A stretch of DNA of 64,000 nucleotides from Gnetum montanum. Its lineage: Eukaryota > Plantae > Gnetophyta. Position numbers and translations under genes: made by a program. The notes under the pieces are model-generated. The model searched no databases. It was not told where the DNA came from and was given only the letters and a program-made list of their open reading frames with translations. Positions 38,601-52,199 of this stretch are shown piece after piece (the first letter of the stretch is position 1; each line of letters begins with the position of its first letter). Where the stretch lies: the NCBI GenBank assembly GCA_015680685.1, contig MNCI01003127.1, positions 326,493 to 390,492 of the forward strand, read 5' to 3'.

Positions 38601-41600
38601 ATGTATGATACCAATCTTAGGATTTTCCAATCAAAGCTATTAGGAAGATGCACAATAAAGTATGTGGCCAAGCTTGTAACAATAGGTACTTAGAATGGAA
38701 AGTAATGAGGTGAGCATTGGGATCACCTTCATCATTGTACTTGGTAAAGTGAGGGATTGGAATACCTGGAGAGAGAGTTATCTATGGATGGTTGGATTGA
38801 TGGGATCATCTTGATAAAAGTCCATGATTTTTACCATCTGAGTAGTGCTAGCTTTAAGCTTTTGTAGCTTTTTAGTGATGTTTTGGATCATTTAAAAGGC
38901 TTGATCCAGCCCTTGAAATACTCCTACAGGATTTATTAATGGTTGTATAGAAGGTTGATTGGCTTGAGGTCATGAAATGGACAATGGTATGGACTGGAGA
39001 GGTCATGTGACTACCATCATAGGGGAATTGAACAGGAAGAATGATGTTTGAATTGGGGCTTGATGAATGAAGGAAATAAAGGGGTTACGAGAAGTTTGTG
39101 AGACTTGAGATAGTGAAGAAGGGCTCGCTGAGATGACAAAAGGAGATGACATGAAAAAGACCACTAGTGATGGTCGCACAAAGTGAGGAAGAATTGTGAA
39201 AGACATTGATGTGAAGAGGAAGGTGAATTGGGAAGTTGGGTGAGAGGCTTGATCCAAGGAGTAGTATCTACCTTATTACCAATGTGGATTAAAATGGGTT
39301 ATTTACAAATAAGTTAGGGTTGGATCATTGCAAGGATTCCTCCAAATGGGTGTTAGTCTCATAGTAACCCCAAAACCATACTGATCCTCCTAATCCTATT
39401 CTAAACTAGCTTATTTGCTTGCCATAACCTCATCATTGATATCCACCAATTGGGCTAACATGTTGACATAGACTTCCAAAATCTCAATGTTTTCATATGG
39501 GGAAGGGATATATTCCTTTATGTGCTTATGAATAATTTCAAACTTGCACTTGGAGTCTAACTCCTTACGTGGGATATGCATACCAACCTAGATTTTTGCA
39601 TAGATGAAGTTGCAATATTATTTAGTAATATTGGCATGCACAAGCTTGCATTGTAGACATTTAAGGAACTACCTACACTCCATTATGGCTAGATCCTTAG
39701 GATCATAGATACGAGTAGATTCTTGGTTAGAGGCCATGTTGATGGTAGAATAGTCAATATGAAAGACATAAATTATGTAAGATTAAGTGATTGGACAAAT
39801 GTGACAAAGGTCTTAATGTTTTAAATAAGCCATGGAAACAACTTATTTGACAACTTGTTTGAGTAACTTAATTGAAATGTAGCTTATTTGACCACAAATT
39901 ATTTGACAGCTTTTTTCAGACGTAGTGTAAATGAGATGTAGCATAAATGAAAAAAATCAAGTCAAAATATAAGTGTAGAAATAGGGAAAATGAAGTGAAC
40001 TACAATTGTAATAATAATTTCTTGTGAGTTTAAAAAGGGTAACACACCACAACATATTTAATCTAGAGTATTTGAAGTAGCATTGGGAAAAATGGGAAAA
40101 TGGAGTAGATGTATTAAGGCTTTAAGTGATGTAAATGAGGCTTTGTATGTAGCATGAACACTACAACAACACAATTGAAATATTGTGTAAATGTGGCTAT
40201 AGCATAAATAAGAAAAACATTGTAAAATGAAAATGTAGAAAAGAAGGAAAAAACTTGTAAAATTGTAAATACAAGAAATAGGAAAAATACAATGCACTGC
40301 AACTATGAAAATAATAATTTTAAATTTTTTGTAATTGTAAGAATGGGAAACTAGCTATAATGTTTTAACCATAGCTTTTTTGAACCAACATTGGGATTAT
40401 ATGGAAAACAGAAATAGATTCTAAGGATTTAGGCAGCCTAACACCAATGTATTTGTAGGGTCTAATTGCACAATGAGTTTTTCATGGTTGAGACAAAAAC
40501 ATTGTTGTAGAACAACTAGAAATAATACCCTAAGGCTTAAAAATGCTATAGTGGTAGAAAACTCAAAATAATCCCTATTTTTTAAATACATTGCTTTGAA
40601 AATTATTGAAACTAGTAGACCATGGCTACACTTGGATTTGGACAAAAAAAATTAGGCAAAGGTCCTTCTTCTAGTGCTAGAAAATTGGAGTGACAAAAAA
40701 ATTTGTGTTGGAAACCAAATTGATTATTGGAATAGTTTTGGTTCAAGATCCATGAATCTTGAAAAGGATCTAAGGTACCTTAGGTAGTCTTGTTGAAAAC
40801 CTAAGGACTTAATTTTTTTTAAAAAAGTGAAATATGCAAGAATGGGAAAAAACATGTAAATACAAGATCCAACACTGGGTTTGAGAACAAAATCAAGATA
40901 TGTTGTAGGAAATATGCAAAAAATATGGTAAAAAATAACTGTACTTTGTATTGAGTGTTGTAAAAAAAATTGTGAAACAAAGGTCTAGAGAGTATAGATC
41001 AACTAGATTTCAAAAGCCTGAGAGTACAAATATTTTCAAAGATCACTCTAAACTATTGTTTAGGATCTAGTGTAGGTAGGCAAGATGTGTTTTGCAACTC
41101 TCCCGCATGAGTATGTCTTTGTCAATCTATTTTTAAAATAAATGCTGCAACAGATTTTTGCTATTCTCCATTATTAGTGTTGGATGAAGACTACAAAAGG
41201 TTGCAACAATCTCTCTATGCTAACCTACCAAAAGGATCTCTTTCTTTCTTATCCTAGAGAGGTTTCTGCCACAAACAATTTTTCTTGCCTAGAAAAGCAT
41301 AAAAAATGATGCTAATTCTTGCTTAAATAGGCCACAATTTGTTGTTTGTCCATTGATTAGGCTTCAAGAAGTTTCCTAGGTAATTATGTAACATTTTAAA
41401 TCATATTTAGGGCCTAAAACTATAGCATTTTTGATATTTCATGCCACAATTGGTAGCGTTTTTAACTTTTGAGCTTAATTACACTGGTGTAATGAAATTC
41501 ATAGCATTTTTAACAATGTTGGTTGTGAATTACATTTTACATGTTTAAAAGTACCCCAGAATTTTGTTAAAATAGGGTTGGAAGATAACATCTTTGAAGG

Positions 41601-41706
41601 AAAATCAAAGCATTTGTTTTTGCTCTTGAGTTCAATCAAAGTTATAATTAAAATTTGGCTACCAAGCTTCTCTATTTACAATTGAAATATTATTTAAGGT
41701 GTTTCA
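35635..41706 (-). mobile_element. Second Tat-lineage element, internally deleted
   Basis: 5' LTR 41706-40686 (starts TGAAACACC on minus); partial 3' LTR 36622-35635; flanks GAGAC/AAGAC; the empty-site context is visible in the other Tekay LTR near 47610 and 49150; PBS TAGCACTAGAAGAAGGA at 40679-40663. Confidence 0.85.
36623..39737 (-). pseudogene. Tat N-terminal domain + gag + truncated protease
   Basis: FTKYNDEGDPNAHL, WYHTLPRG, FFHYLQLPGHDT, PLFITIQVSQYKVH, GSILLDF; homologous to 25157-28489. Confidence 0.85.
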
Positions 41707-43278
41707 AAGACCTCTTGACAAAGGTATAGGGATTTAAGAAAGATGTCTAGCAAGAATAAGGATTGTCTTGTTGGGCTGGAAAAGACTAGAAAACAACTAG
41801 GAAACACTCTAGAATGGCCACAATAGATGAGGAATAACATAGAAGGGCTTAATGAGTCTAGAATGTAAATAGACAAGGAAGAGGAAAAACCTAAAATCAA
41901 GATAGGGAGAGAAAACTAAAGTTAATATAACCACTAGACTGGGGAAAATCTTAATGTGGGAAAAACTAATATAATATGCCAAGATCATAGAATACAAGGA
42001 AAGAAGAATTTAAGCCAAACTAGTATTCAAATGGAGCTATTATAAGAATGATCAAGATCACAATAGGAAAGAAAAAAAAAGGCTCGGAATGCTAACTTTT
42101 GGATTAAAAAAAATCCCAAAACTCCAATTACCATCATGGAAACCAACCATTTCTACATAAAAATTCAGAAACATAGCTTCCTATGAATTTGCCACAAATT
42201 CATCAATCAGTCATAATCTATTGAGTGCATGAATGATAAAACTTGATCCCCTAAAAATTATTGGAAGTAATCTTGCAATTCTCATATCCAAAATTGATAG
42301 AAAGTAATAAAATATATGCACATATAAATTCCATTAAACCACATTTCATCCACACAACCAAAACTCTTCAGTCCACAAAATAATATCATAATCATATGAG
42401 AAAAATAACAATACCCATCCTGTGTATGTACAAAGATCCTATAACCAAGAAAAAAGGAAGAAGTTAAGATAACTCACCTCTTATCTAAATGAAGAAAACT
42501 AAAAAATGGGAAGAGCAATCCAAAAAGATTCATGTAATTTCCATAACTGATTTACAATCCTGCAGTACCTCCTAGCTCTAATCTCCCAACACCTCTCCTA
42601 GATTGTCAAAGTGTGCGAAAGAATTGAACCATGGAAGTTTTAATGGAAATAAACTAGAAACCATGGAATGGAAGAAAACACCAATTGCCCAAAATTCCAT
42701 AAAACTAAAAGAAAATTACCATAAATCTTTTCCATCATAATTGTAACTTTCTCTCCCATTCATGTAACTCCCTCACATGCCAAAACCATTAAAGAGAAAA
42801 TACCATAAAATCTTACAATGCTAAAATATAATTCAAAACCTCTCAATAAATAAAATAAGATAAAGCTAAATATAATTAATATCTAAATCACACATGTGGA
42901 CATAATGAATCATCAATCACATATCTATTTGCTTATACCATGCACTCTTAGAATAAATTATTAATATTAATTAAACAAATAATTATTTATAGCCATGCCA
43001 TGCTCCCAACCAAATCTCATGAGATCTTGCCACACTCAACAATAGGATTAGTGCACACCTACTAGATGATAATAAAAGATAATATATGTATGATTAAATA
43101 TTAATGATTACATAACATTAACGAAGAATTTGTAAAACCCAAGTCTCATGATTAACATCATCAATGTCATGCATAAAATATACCGAACTAACCATAAGTA
43201 TAAACATATGGGTACAAGCATAATATTTTTTACAAAAATCATACATACCAAGGATGTCTAAAAATACAGGTTGTTACA

Positions 43279-43293
43279 TCCTTTCCCCCTTAA
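43279..43293 (-). promoter_or_regulatory. Polypurine tract of the Tekay element
   Basis: TTAAGGGGGAAAGGA on minus directly before TGTAACAACC. Confidence 0.85.
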
Positions 43294-43299
43294 GAATCT

Positions 43300-46200
43300 T
43301 CCTCCTGGTAGATTTCAGGATGGAAAGAATGCAAATCAAACTCAAGCTTCCAAGTAGCCTCTTGTGAACAATGATGATTCCACAAAAGCTTTACAATGGA
43401 AACTACCTTTCTACACAACTAGCACTCCATTTGATCCAAGATCATAGTAGGATTTTTAATGTACAAGGAATCCAACTTTAGTTTCACTTTAGTTGAGTTA
43501 ATAATATGACTCTCATTGGGCATATATATCTATAGCATGGAGACATGAAACACTACATGCATGATTGAAAGCCATGTAGGCAAACCAACAAGATACACAA
43601 CCTCTCCTATGTGTTGAAGGACATCAAATGGACTAATGTAGCAAGATGCAAGCTTATCTTTCTAACTGAAATGCATCAAACCTTTCAATGGAAAGACTTA
43701 AAAAAATACTTTATCACCAATGACAAACTTGAGAGACCTCCTTTTGTGGTTTGCATAGCTTGCCTAATGATCTTGAGATACCCTTAGCTGTTTATGAACT
43801 TCTCTAATCTATTTAATAATCTTCAACACAACATTTGAGATAATGAGTTATCTATCCTTGATCATATCCCAGCACAAGGAAGTCTTGCAAGGTCTCCCAT
43901 ATAAGACTTTGTACAGTGCTACCTTCAAAATAGCCTGATAACTATTGTTGTAAGAAAGCTTTGCTAATAGTAATAGATTATCTTAACAATATATAAACTA
44001 AAAGGTATAAGAATGAAGCTTCTCCTCCAATAATTGGTTAACTCTCTTGACATGGTCATTATTCTACATATGATAGGCCAAACTCATGTTTAACCTAGTA
44101 CCTAGGCTATTCATGAATGCACCCCAAAATTGAGAAGTAAATTTAGCATTATGGTTTGAGAAAATCTTGGTAGGAATATCATGTAGACATACAATCTTAG
44201 AGATGAACAATTGTAAAACATTATTCATGCTATTCAAATTATTTATAGCTAGGAAATGTGCTGATTTGGTTAATAAGTCTATCATAACAAGAATAACATC
44301 CTTTTCATCCCTAGCTTGAGGTACCCCAGTAAGGAAATCCATTACAATCACATCCCACTTCCACTTTGGAATAGAGTGGAGGTGCAAATAGCCAGCTAGT
44401 CATTGGTGTTTAAGTTTAACATGTTGATAAATCATGAATTTGTTCACAAATTCTCCAAATTGATTCTTCATGCATGATCGACTAGTATAACCTCTTTAGC
44501 ATCTGATTATTACTGCTTGGATGCATCTGAAGTCTAGTGAGGTGGGCTTCATCTAATAGATGTTGTCTTAAGGATTCAAACACACATACTTTATTCTTAT
44601 GATGAAGCAACCAAAGTGTATCTACTATCATGACACCATCACTAGAATGTTTTAGCTTCTCACATGAAGAATCATGTTGTTGTGCCTAATGAATCTCACC
44701 TATCATGTTAGACTAGATCACCAAGCTATTTATCTTACTGGCCGCATTGTTTAACGCATCTGTAACCACATTACTTTTGCCTATATTATACTAGATGATA
44801 AAATCAAAGTCAGCCCAAAGTTCAATCTACCTCTTATAGTGTAGGCTCAACTGTGGTTAACTCATTAAATATTGTAATCCCTTATGATCCATCCAAATAA
44901 TCAATTACTCCCTAAACAAGTAGTTATGTTGAACTTTTAAAGCAAAAAAAAAAATTTACTCCCAACTCCAGGTCATGAGTGGGGTAGCATGTCTCATGGG
45001 GCTCAAGTTTTCATAAGGCATAAACTACCACTTTACCCTCTTATATAAGGACACATCCATAACCTTCTCCAGATGTATCAATAGACACTTCAAATAGCTT
45101 ACTGGGGGTAGGCAAAACAAAAATAGGAGTTGAGATCAGTATACCCTTGAGTTTGCTAAAGGCATCCTAACAATGTAGGCTCCATAAGACATCTTTCCAC
45201 AACAACTTCGTGAGAGGCGAAGTAATGTAAGAGAAGTTTTCAACAAACCTCTTGTAATAACTTACCAACCTAGGAAAAGTGTGAACTTCACCAACATCCT
45301 TGGGCATAGGCCAATCCTGAATAACTAATATTTTAGTAAGGTCCACTACTATACCATCTTTTGAAATAGCATGTCCCAAGGGTTGAATCTCTTGACATAA
45401 AAACAAATACTTGGAGGGTTGGGCAAAGAACTGATGTTCTCTAAGTTTCTACAATATGATCCTTAGATGCTACTCATGCAACTCCTTGGATGGAGAATAC
45501 ATCAAAATATTATTGAAGAATATGATAATAAACCAATCTAGGTAGGGCCTCATGATAGCGTTCATAAGATGCACGAACACTTTGGAAGCATTTGTAAGTC
45601 CAAAAGGCAATACCAAAAACTTGTAATTCTCATACTACATCCTAAAGGTTGTCTTGCAAACATCCTCCTTCTTGATGCAAACATGGTGGTATCTTGAATT
45701 TAAATCAATCGTAGAGAATACTTGAGCTTCCCTCAACTAGTCAAAAAAATCATCTATGCATGGTAGGGAAAACTTATATTTTACCATCACTTGGTTCAAT
45801 TGCTAGTAATCAATGCATAGCCTCATACTACCATCTTTTGTTTCATAAAGAGGATAAGAGCATCCCAAGGAGGCACACTTGAATGAATTAAAATCTTATC
45901 AAATTACTCATGAAGTTGAATCTTCAATCTGCTAACTCAATAGGGGGCATTGTATGTGGAACCTTGAAGATCGATTTTGCACTTGGTTTAAGAACAATCT
46001 CAAACTTAACATTCTACCTTAAAACTAAACTAGGTAACTTAGAATGGAAGACATTAGAAAAATTACAAAAAATGGAGAGTTGTTCAAGATCTTATGATAA
46101 AGAAAGGTTACTGATGAAAATAGAAAAGTAAGAATGACCTTTCCTTAATAACTAGTAAAATATTTTGAAGAAATAGGATCCAACTTGATCTTGTGTGATC

Positions 46201-47295
46201 TAGCATGCACCATCATTCATCATCAACGAAAGTGTCTTAAGAAAATTATTGAAGCTACCTTGATAGCAAGACAACCAATCCATACCCAAGATAATGTCAT
46301 AGTTCTCTAGGTTCATGATGTGGAGGTCACTGAACCACATGGCATTCTAAATTACCAAGGATGCAGATTCATAGACTTGATCCATCATGAGCATACAACC
46401 CCCAATGGAATTAATGAAAAGCTCTTGGTCAAGCCACTGACCCTCCAAATCCAAGTGAGAAAATACATGCAAATCCATAAAAGAATGGCTTTCACCAAGA
46501 TTAAAAAGGATCAAAACTACTAGATTAGAAATCATACTGTAGTCTCCATCATAGTATTGGGTTGAGCCTCAACTAGTTGATATGTTAGAGCATACATACA
46601 AGCATGAGTTTGAGTACCATCATAGCCATTTGCAAGTTTTCCACCCTACTAATGTCCTCCACCACTTGCATTCTTTGGGTAGTTGAATTTCTTATGGCCT
46701 GGCTAACTATAGTTGTAGTAGTTGGGATAGTCCTTTTCAAAAGGTGCAATCTTTTCACAAGTAAAGCAAGTAATGGATCCATGAGTGGTCCTAATACCTA
46801 CTACTTGTTGTTGAGTTCTCTACTATTATTTTTGTTAGCCATCCAAATCCAACATCCTAGTTCACTTAAACCCATAGATTTCCTAGAAGAGGTTTGACCC
46901 CTCTTTTGAGAATGATCTTGATGTGTTGCTTCTACCAAGTAACTGCACTCTAAATTTAATAAACAAACTTGTGTGTCCTCATATGTATGAATATGTAGAG
47001 AGATGAAATGGTCCTTAATGGATGCATGAAGACCATGGACAAAATATTTAGTCTTGGATAACTCATCTAAATGTATGTAAGGCACATATATGCTTAGCTC
47101 TAAGAACTTGCAATGGTACTTTGTCATAGTCTGATTTCCTTGGTAGAGACAAGAGAACTTCTTAGCATTTACTTTCAAGAACTCTTAAGAAATATAATGA
47201 GCATTGAAAGCATTGAGAAAATTGCTTCCAATGAATGTCACATTCTTCCCAATGATGAGCCTTCTCTTGGGCAGTCCACCAAGGACATAGATCTA
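43300..47295 (-). pseudogene. Tekay gag-pol remnant (gag, PR, RT, RNase H, integrase, chromodomain)
   Basis: LYQGNQTMTKY...KYFVHGL (gag); ILFNLGESHSF and DIILGMDWL (PR); DGSMRLCIDY, FGLTNA (RT); YPTHDLEL (RH); IPKWKWDVIVMDF, DLLTKSAHFL, KFTSQFW (INT); VKLLWNHH...EATW (chromodomain). Confidence 0.9.
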
Positions 47296-47296
47296 T

Positions 47297-50200
47297 AAAA
47301 GCCTTAGGTGAGATGTTGTGACATCTTGATGAAGAAGTCTTAGGTGAGATGTCATGACATCTTGGAGAAGATGTCTTAACTAAGATGTTGTCACATCTTG
47401 GGAAATAGATCTTGTATGAGATGTCATGACATCTTGGTCAAGGTGTCTTGTGAAAGATGTTGTAACATCTTGGATGAGATGTCTCAGAAATCAGGAGACG
47501 TTTTAAAGGAGTCATCTTGGTTAGTGCTAAGACATCTTAGGGAAGACATCTCTAAATTGGAGGAGACATTTGAAAGTGGGGAAAGATGTCTTAGATGAGA
47601 TGGCTTGTGCATAGTTGAAATGTTTTGAGAGAGGTATAGGAATATAGGAAAGACATCTGGAAAGATTATAGGATGTCTTTTTTGGCTAGAAAAGACTAGG
47701 AAACAGTTAGGAAATACTCTAGAATGATGAAAGTAGATGAGGAACAACATGAAAGGGCTCAATGTGTCTAGAATGTAAATAGACAAGGAGAGAGAAAAAC
47801 CAACAACCAAATATTGAAGCAAATACAACGTCAAACACCTACTAAAAATTTTGTACAAGGGTCTGTAATGCACACCTTTAAAGTTGAACTTGACCAATTT
47901 GGGGAGGGAGAAGATATCTATGCAAGTTTATTAGGTGTTTGAAGTTGTATTTTCTCAATTAATGGATATCCTATAGATTGTAGTCACTAATCAATTCAAC
48001 CTAATTTACCAAGGGATCTCATTTTTGCATTCCATAGGGATGTCAAAATACCATTTCTAGAAGGATTATGAAACCCAAAGATAGAGTGTCGTGCAACCAA
48101 AACAACAGATCTCTAAGGAATGAGCCTCAAACATCTATCTGATTGCTCCTAACCCTCGGAGAACTTACTGTTGAGGATGAGCATGCACTCAAACTCGACA
48201 AGTTACTCCAAGGGAAGGGCCAACGTAAGTCCTTGAATCCATGCACACAAGTTTTTTACATGAATATCATTTTATGGGTTGACTATTTCTTGGTTGTACC
48301 ATCTCGAAAATAACCATAAGAGTTGGAAAAATCTTAATATGAGAAAAACTAATATAATATGTCAAAATTGCAAAATACCAAAGAAAAGAAGAATTCAAGT
48401 CAAACCAATATGTAAATGGAGTTATAACAAGAATGGTCAAGATCATAGTAGGGAGAAAAAACTTGGTAAGATAACTCCATGCATCAACCAAAATTCCAAA
48501 ACTACAATTACCATCATAGAAATCAATCACTTCTACATAAAAATTTAGAAACATACCTCCATACAAATTTACCACAAATTCATCAATTAATCATAATCTA
48601 CTAAGTGCATGAATGGTAAAATTTGATCCTCTAAAAATTATTGGAAATAATATTGCTATTCCCATACCCAAAATTAGTAGAAAACAACAAAATATACACA
48701 CATAAAAATTTCATCAAACCATATTTCACCCACATAGCTAAAACCCTTCAGCACAAAAAATAATATCATAACTAGATGAAAAAAATGATAATACCTATCT
48801 CATGTATGTGCAAACATCCTATAAAGAAAAACTAGGAAGAAGTCAAGATAACTTACCTTTAATCCAAATGAAGAAAATTGTAAAAGGGAAAGAGCAAGCC
48901 AAAAAGGTGAGATGTTGTGACATCTTGGGAAAGACATCTTGTGTGAGATATCATGACATCTTGGTTGAAACATCTTGGAAAAGATGTTATGACATCTTGG
49001 ATGAGGCATCTTAGGAATCAAGAAAAATCTTGAAGGAGTCATCTTGGTTAGTGTTGAGACATCTTAGGGAAGATATCTCTAGATTGGAGGAGATGTCTTG
49101 ACAAAGAAATTTGGGAGTAGGCCAAGATATCTTGGGAAAGAGATCTTGTGTGTAGTTTAATCATTTTGACAAAGGTACAAGAATTTAGGAAAGATGTTTA
49201 GAAAGGTTTTGGGATGTCTTGTTTGGCTAGAAAAGATCAGGAAACAGTTAGGAAATACTCTAGAATGAAGAAAGTAGATGAGGAACAATAGGGAAGGGTG
49301 TAATGAGTCCAAAATGTAAATAGACAAGAGATAGGAAGAGAAAACTAAAGTTAATATAACCAATAGACTTGGGAAAATCTTAATGTTGGAAAAACTAATA
49401 TAATATGCCAAGATCATAGAATAGTAAAGGAAAGAAGAATTCAAGTCAAACTAGTATGCAAACAGAGCTATTGCAAGAATGGTCAATATCATAGCAAGGA
49501 AAAAAAAGACTTAGTAAGCTAACTCCATGAATCAACCAAAATTCCAAAACTCCAATTGCCATCATAGAAATCAACTAGTTCTACAAAAAAATTTAGAAAC
49601 ACAACTCTATATGAATTTACCATAGATTTATCAATCAATCACAATCTACTGAGTGCATGAGCGAAAAAACTTGATCCTATAAAAGTTATTGGAAATAATC
49701 TTATAATTCATGTACCAAAAATTAGCAGAAAATAATGGAATATGCACACATAAAAATTCCATCAAACCATATTTTAGCCACACAACCAAAACCATTTGGT
49801 CCACAAAATAATATCATAATTATATGACAAAAATAATAATACTCGTCCCACATATGTGCAAAGATCCTATAACCAAAAAATGGAAAGAAGCCAAAATAAC
49901 TTACCTCTAATCCAAATGAAGAAAATTGTAAAAGGGAAAGAGCAAGCCAAAAAGATTCAAGTACTCAACACAATCGATCTACAATCCCGCAACACCTCCT
50001 AGCTCCAATCTTCTAGCACCTCTCCTAGATTGTTAAAGTGTGTGAAAGAATTGAACCATGGGAGTTGTAATGAAGATAAATTAGAAACCATGAAATAGAA
50101 TAAAACACTAATTACTCAAACTTCTATAAAACTAAAAGAAAATTACCACAAATCTTTTCCATCATAATAGTAACTTTCTCTCCCACTCATGTAACTTCCT

Positions 50201-50708
50201 CACATGCCAAAACCATTAAAGAAAAAATACCATAAAATCTTACAATAATAAAATATAATTCAAAATATTTCAATAAAGAAAATAAGATAAAGCTAAATAT
50301 AATTAATATCTAAATCACACATTTTGACATAATGAATCATCAATCACATATATATTTGCTTATACCATGCACTCTTAGAATAAATTGTTAATATTAATTA
50401 AACAAACCATTATTTATAGTCATGCCATGCTTCCAACCAAATCTCATGAGATCCCACAACACTCAAAAATATTATTAGTGCACACCTACTAGATGATAAT
50501 AAAAGATAATATACATATGATTAAATATCAAGGATTACATAACATTAACCAAGAATTTGAAAAACTCAAGGCTCATCATTAATATCATCAACATCATGCA
50601 TAAAATATACTGAACCAGCTAGATGTATAAACATATAGGTACAAGCACATCATTTTTTTTTACAAAAGTCTAATGTACCAAGGATGTCCAATAATATGGG
50701 TTGGTATA
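47297..50708 (-). repeat. Rearranged 5' LTR of the Tekay element
   Basis: Collinear with 35200-35634 plus 41712-43278; includes an internal duplication and a foreign ~500-bp insert; the U5 end and PBS are missing at the gag junction. Confidence 0.82.
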
Positions 50709-52199
50709 GAATCCTTTTAGCCTTAATGTTCAATTACCTTGCCAATTCTACTTATTACATTGCAATATTCAGTTTCATCTAAATGGATAGCATGGACCTC
50801 TTGATGATTATGATGCTTGGAATTCTTCTTGATGTGTGCTAGGAGAGAATCTTTGGATTGCAAAGTTTAAATTGATTTAATAATATGATCATTTTATGAG
50901 GTAATGCTCTATAGGAGATGTTAATTTTGTTGTAAAATCTATTATTGGAATTCATAATTCATATTAGGTTGTCAATTACTATTAGAATCATTACTAAAAT
51001 TAAAAGGGAGGAGGGGGTGTTAAAACCCCAAAATAATTGTAATGTAAGTATACCCCACTTGGAGCCTACAAGTCCAGAGTTGTACTAGTAGGCTAACACC
51101 TCATTATTATCATTTCTAAAATTAAGCCTAAATTGAGGATGTGATACAGTAGCCCCTTAATCACAAGACCTATATTGAAAACTTGAATCTTTTATTGAGA
51201 GTTTTGATTAGACACAACATTAAAATACTCTTTTATGAAATGAAGAGTAGAAAAATTATGGGTTTTATGTTCAAGTTCCATACAAATAACACAAGCATAT
51301 GGAAAATCCATATCTCTTGCTTAGGATATATTAGAAATATGAATCTCTTTCATAGTATGGATTAATGATGCATGTTGTTGAGGTTGCTAAACTAGTTAAG
51401 AAACATGTTGTGCTTGCAAAGATTAATTAGAATTGATAGATAAATTTACCAGTTTATTATTTAGTTTATCAATGTTTTTTGCAAGGCTAGCCATCAAGAT
51501 TGCTCCATCATGTTCATAGGTTAATTCTTGCTTTGATCAACAATTTGTTTTACAGCTTCAAAAGTATCATCAAGATTTTTTTTTTTGCATAATAAAATTT
51601 TATTAAGCAAAATCATTACTATGTATTGTAATCTGATGGGATGCGATATCGCATGGGCCGCGATATCGCATCCCCCGCAATATGGTATNNNNNNNNNNNN
51701 NNNNNNNNNNNNNNNNNNNNNNNNNNNNTGTATACCATATTGCGGGGGATGCGATATCGCGGCCCATGCGATATNNNNNNNNNNNNNNNNNNNNNNNNNN
51801 NNNNNNNNNNNNNNNNTTTAAACGCTTTATTAGTTAATTAAATCTCTCTCAACCCTTCTCCCATAGTTAAGTGCATTCAGTATGACCGCTTCGAGCACGT
51901 GCGTTACACTTGGTGATCTCAGTAATGAATAGCGTTTGGTAACCAGGGTTGCATTGGTTTAGGGTGTGAAAGGTAAGTGGGAATAGATATTGATGCTAGG
52001 TTAATTAAGGCTTAGTTAGTTAGTTAAAGTTAGTTAATTAGTCTCTTTACCCTTTACCTNGTTGCCAAGGACTAAGTTGTTTGTGCGCTAAGTAGAACAT
52101 AGGACATCATGCACATCGTTGGGAGCTTAAATGAACCTTAGGGTTAATTATATGAAAGAAATTAAAACAACGGTCAGTAGCACACTAAGTAAGACAATA

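Larger units (their letters stand above)
17222..50708 (-). mobile_element. Tekay/Del-type chromovirus (Ty3/gypsy), outer member of the nest
   Basis: Flanked by GAATC (17217-17221, 50709-50713); the LTR end at 43278 matches 50708; PPT at 43279-43293; gag-PR-RT-RH-INT-chromodomain on the minus strand. The 3' LTR is split into 17222-17539, 34058-35634 and 41712-43278 by two insertions. Confidence 0.87.

Noticed and set aside
51641-51774. Perfect ~45-bp inverted repeat around an N gap in the Athila 5' LTR
   Set aside because: The arms are separated and bounded by Ns and the 3' LTR has no such inversion; most likely an assembly or gap-filling artefact at palindromic sequence.
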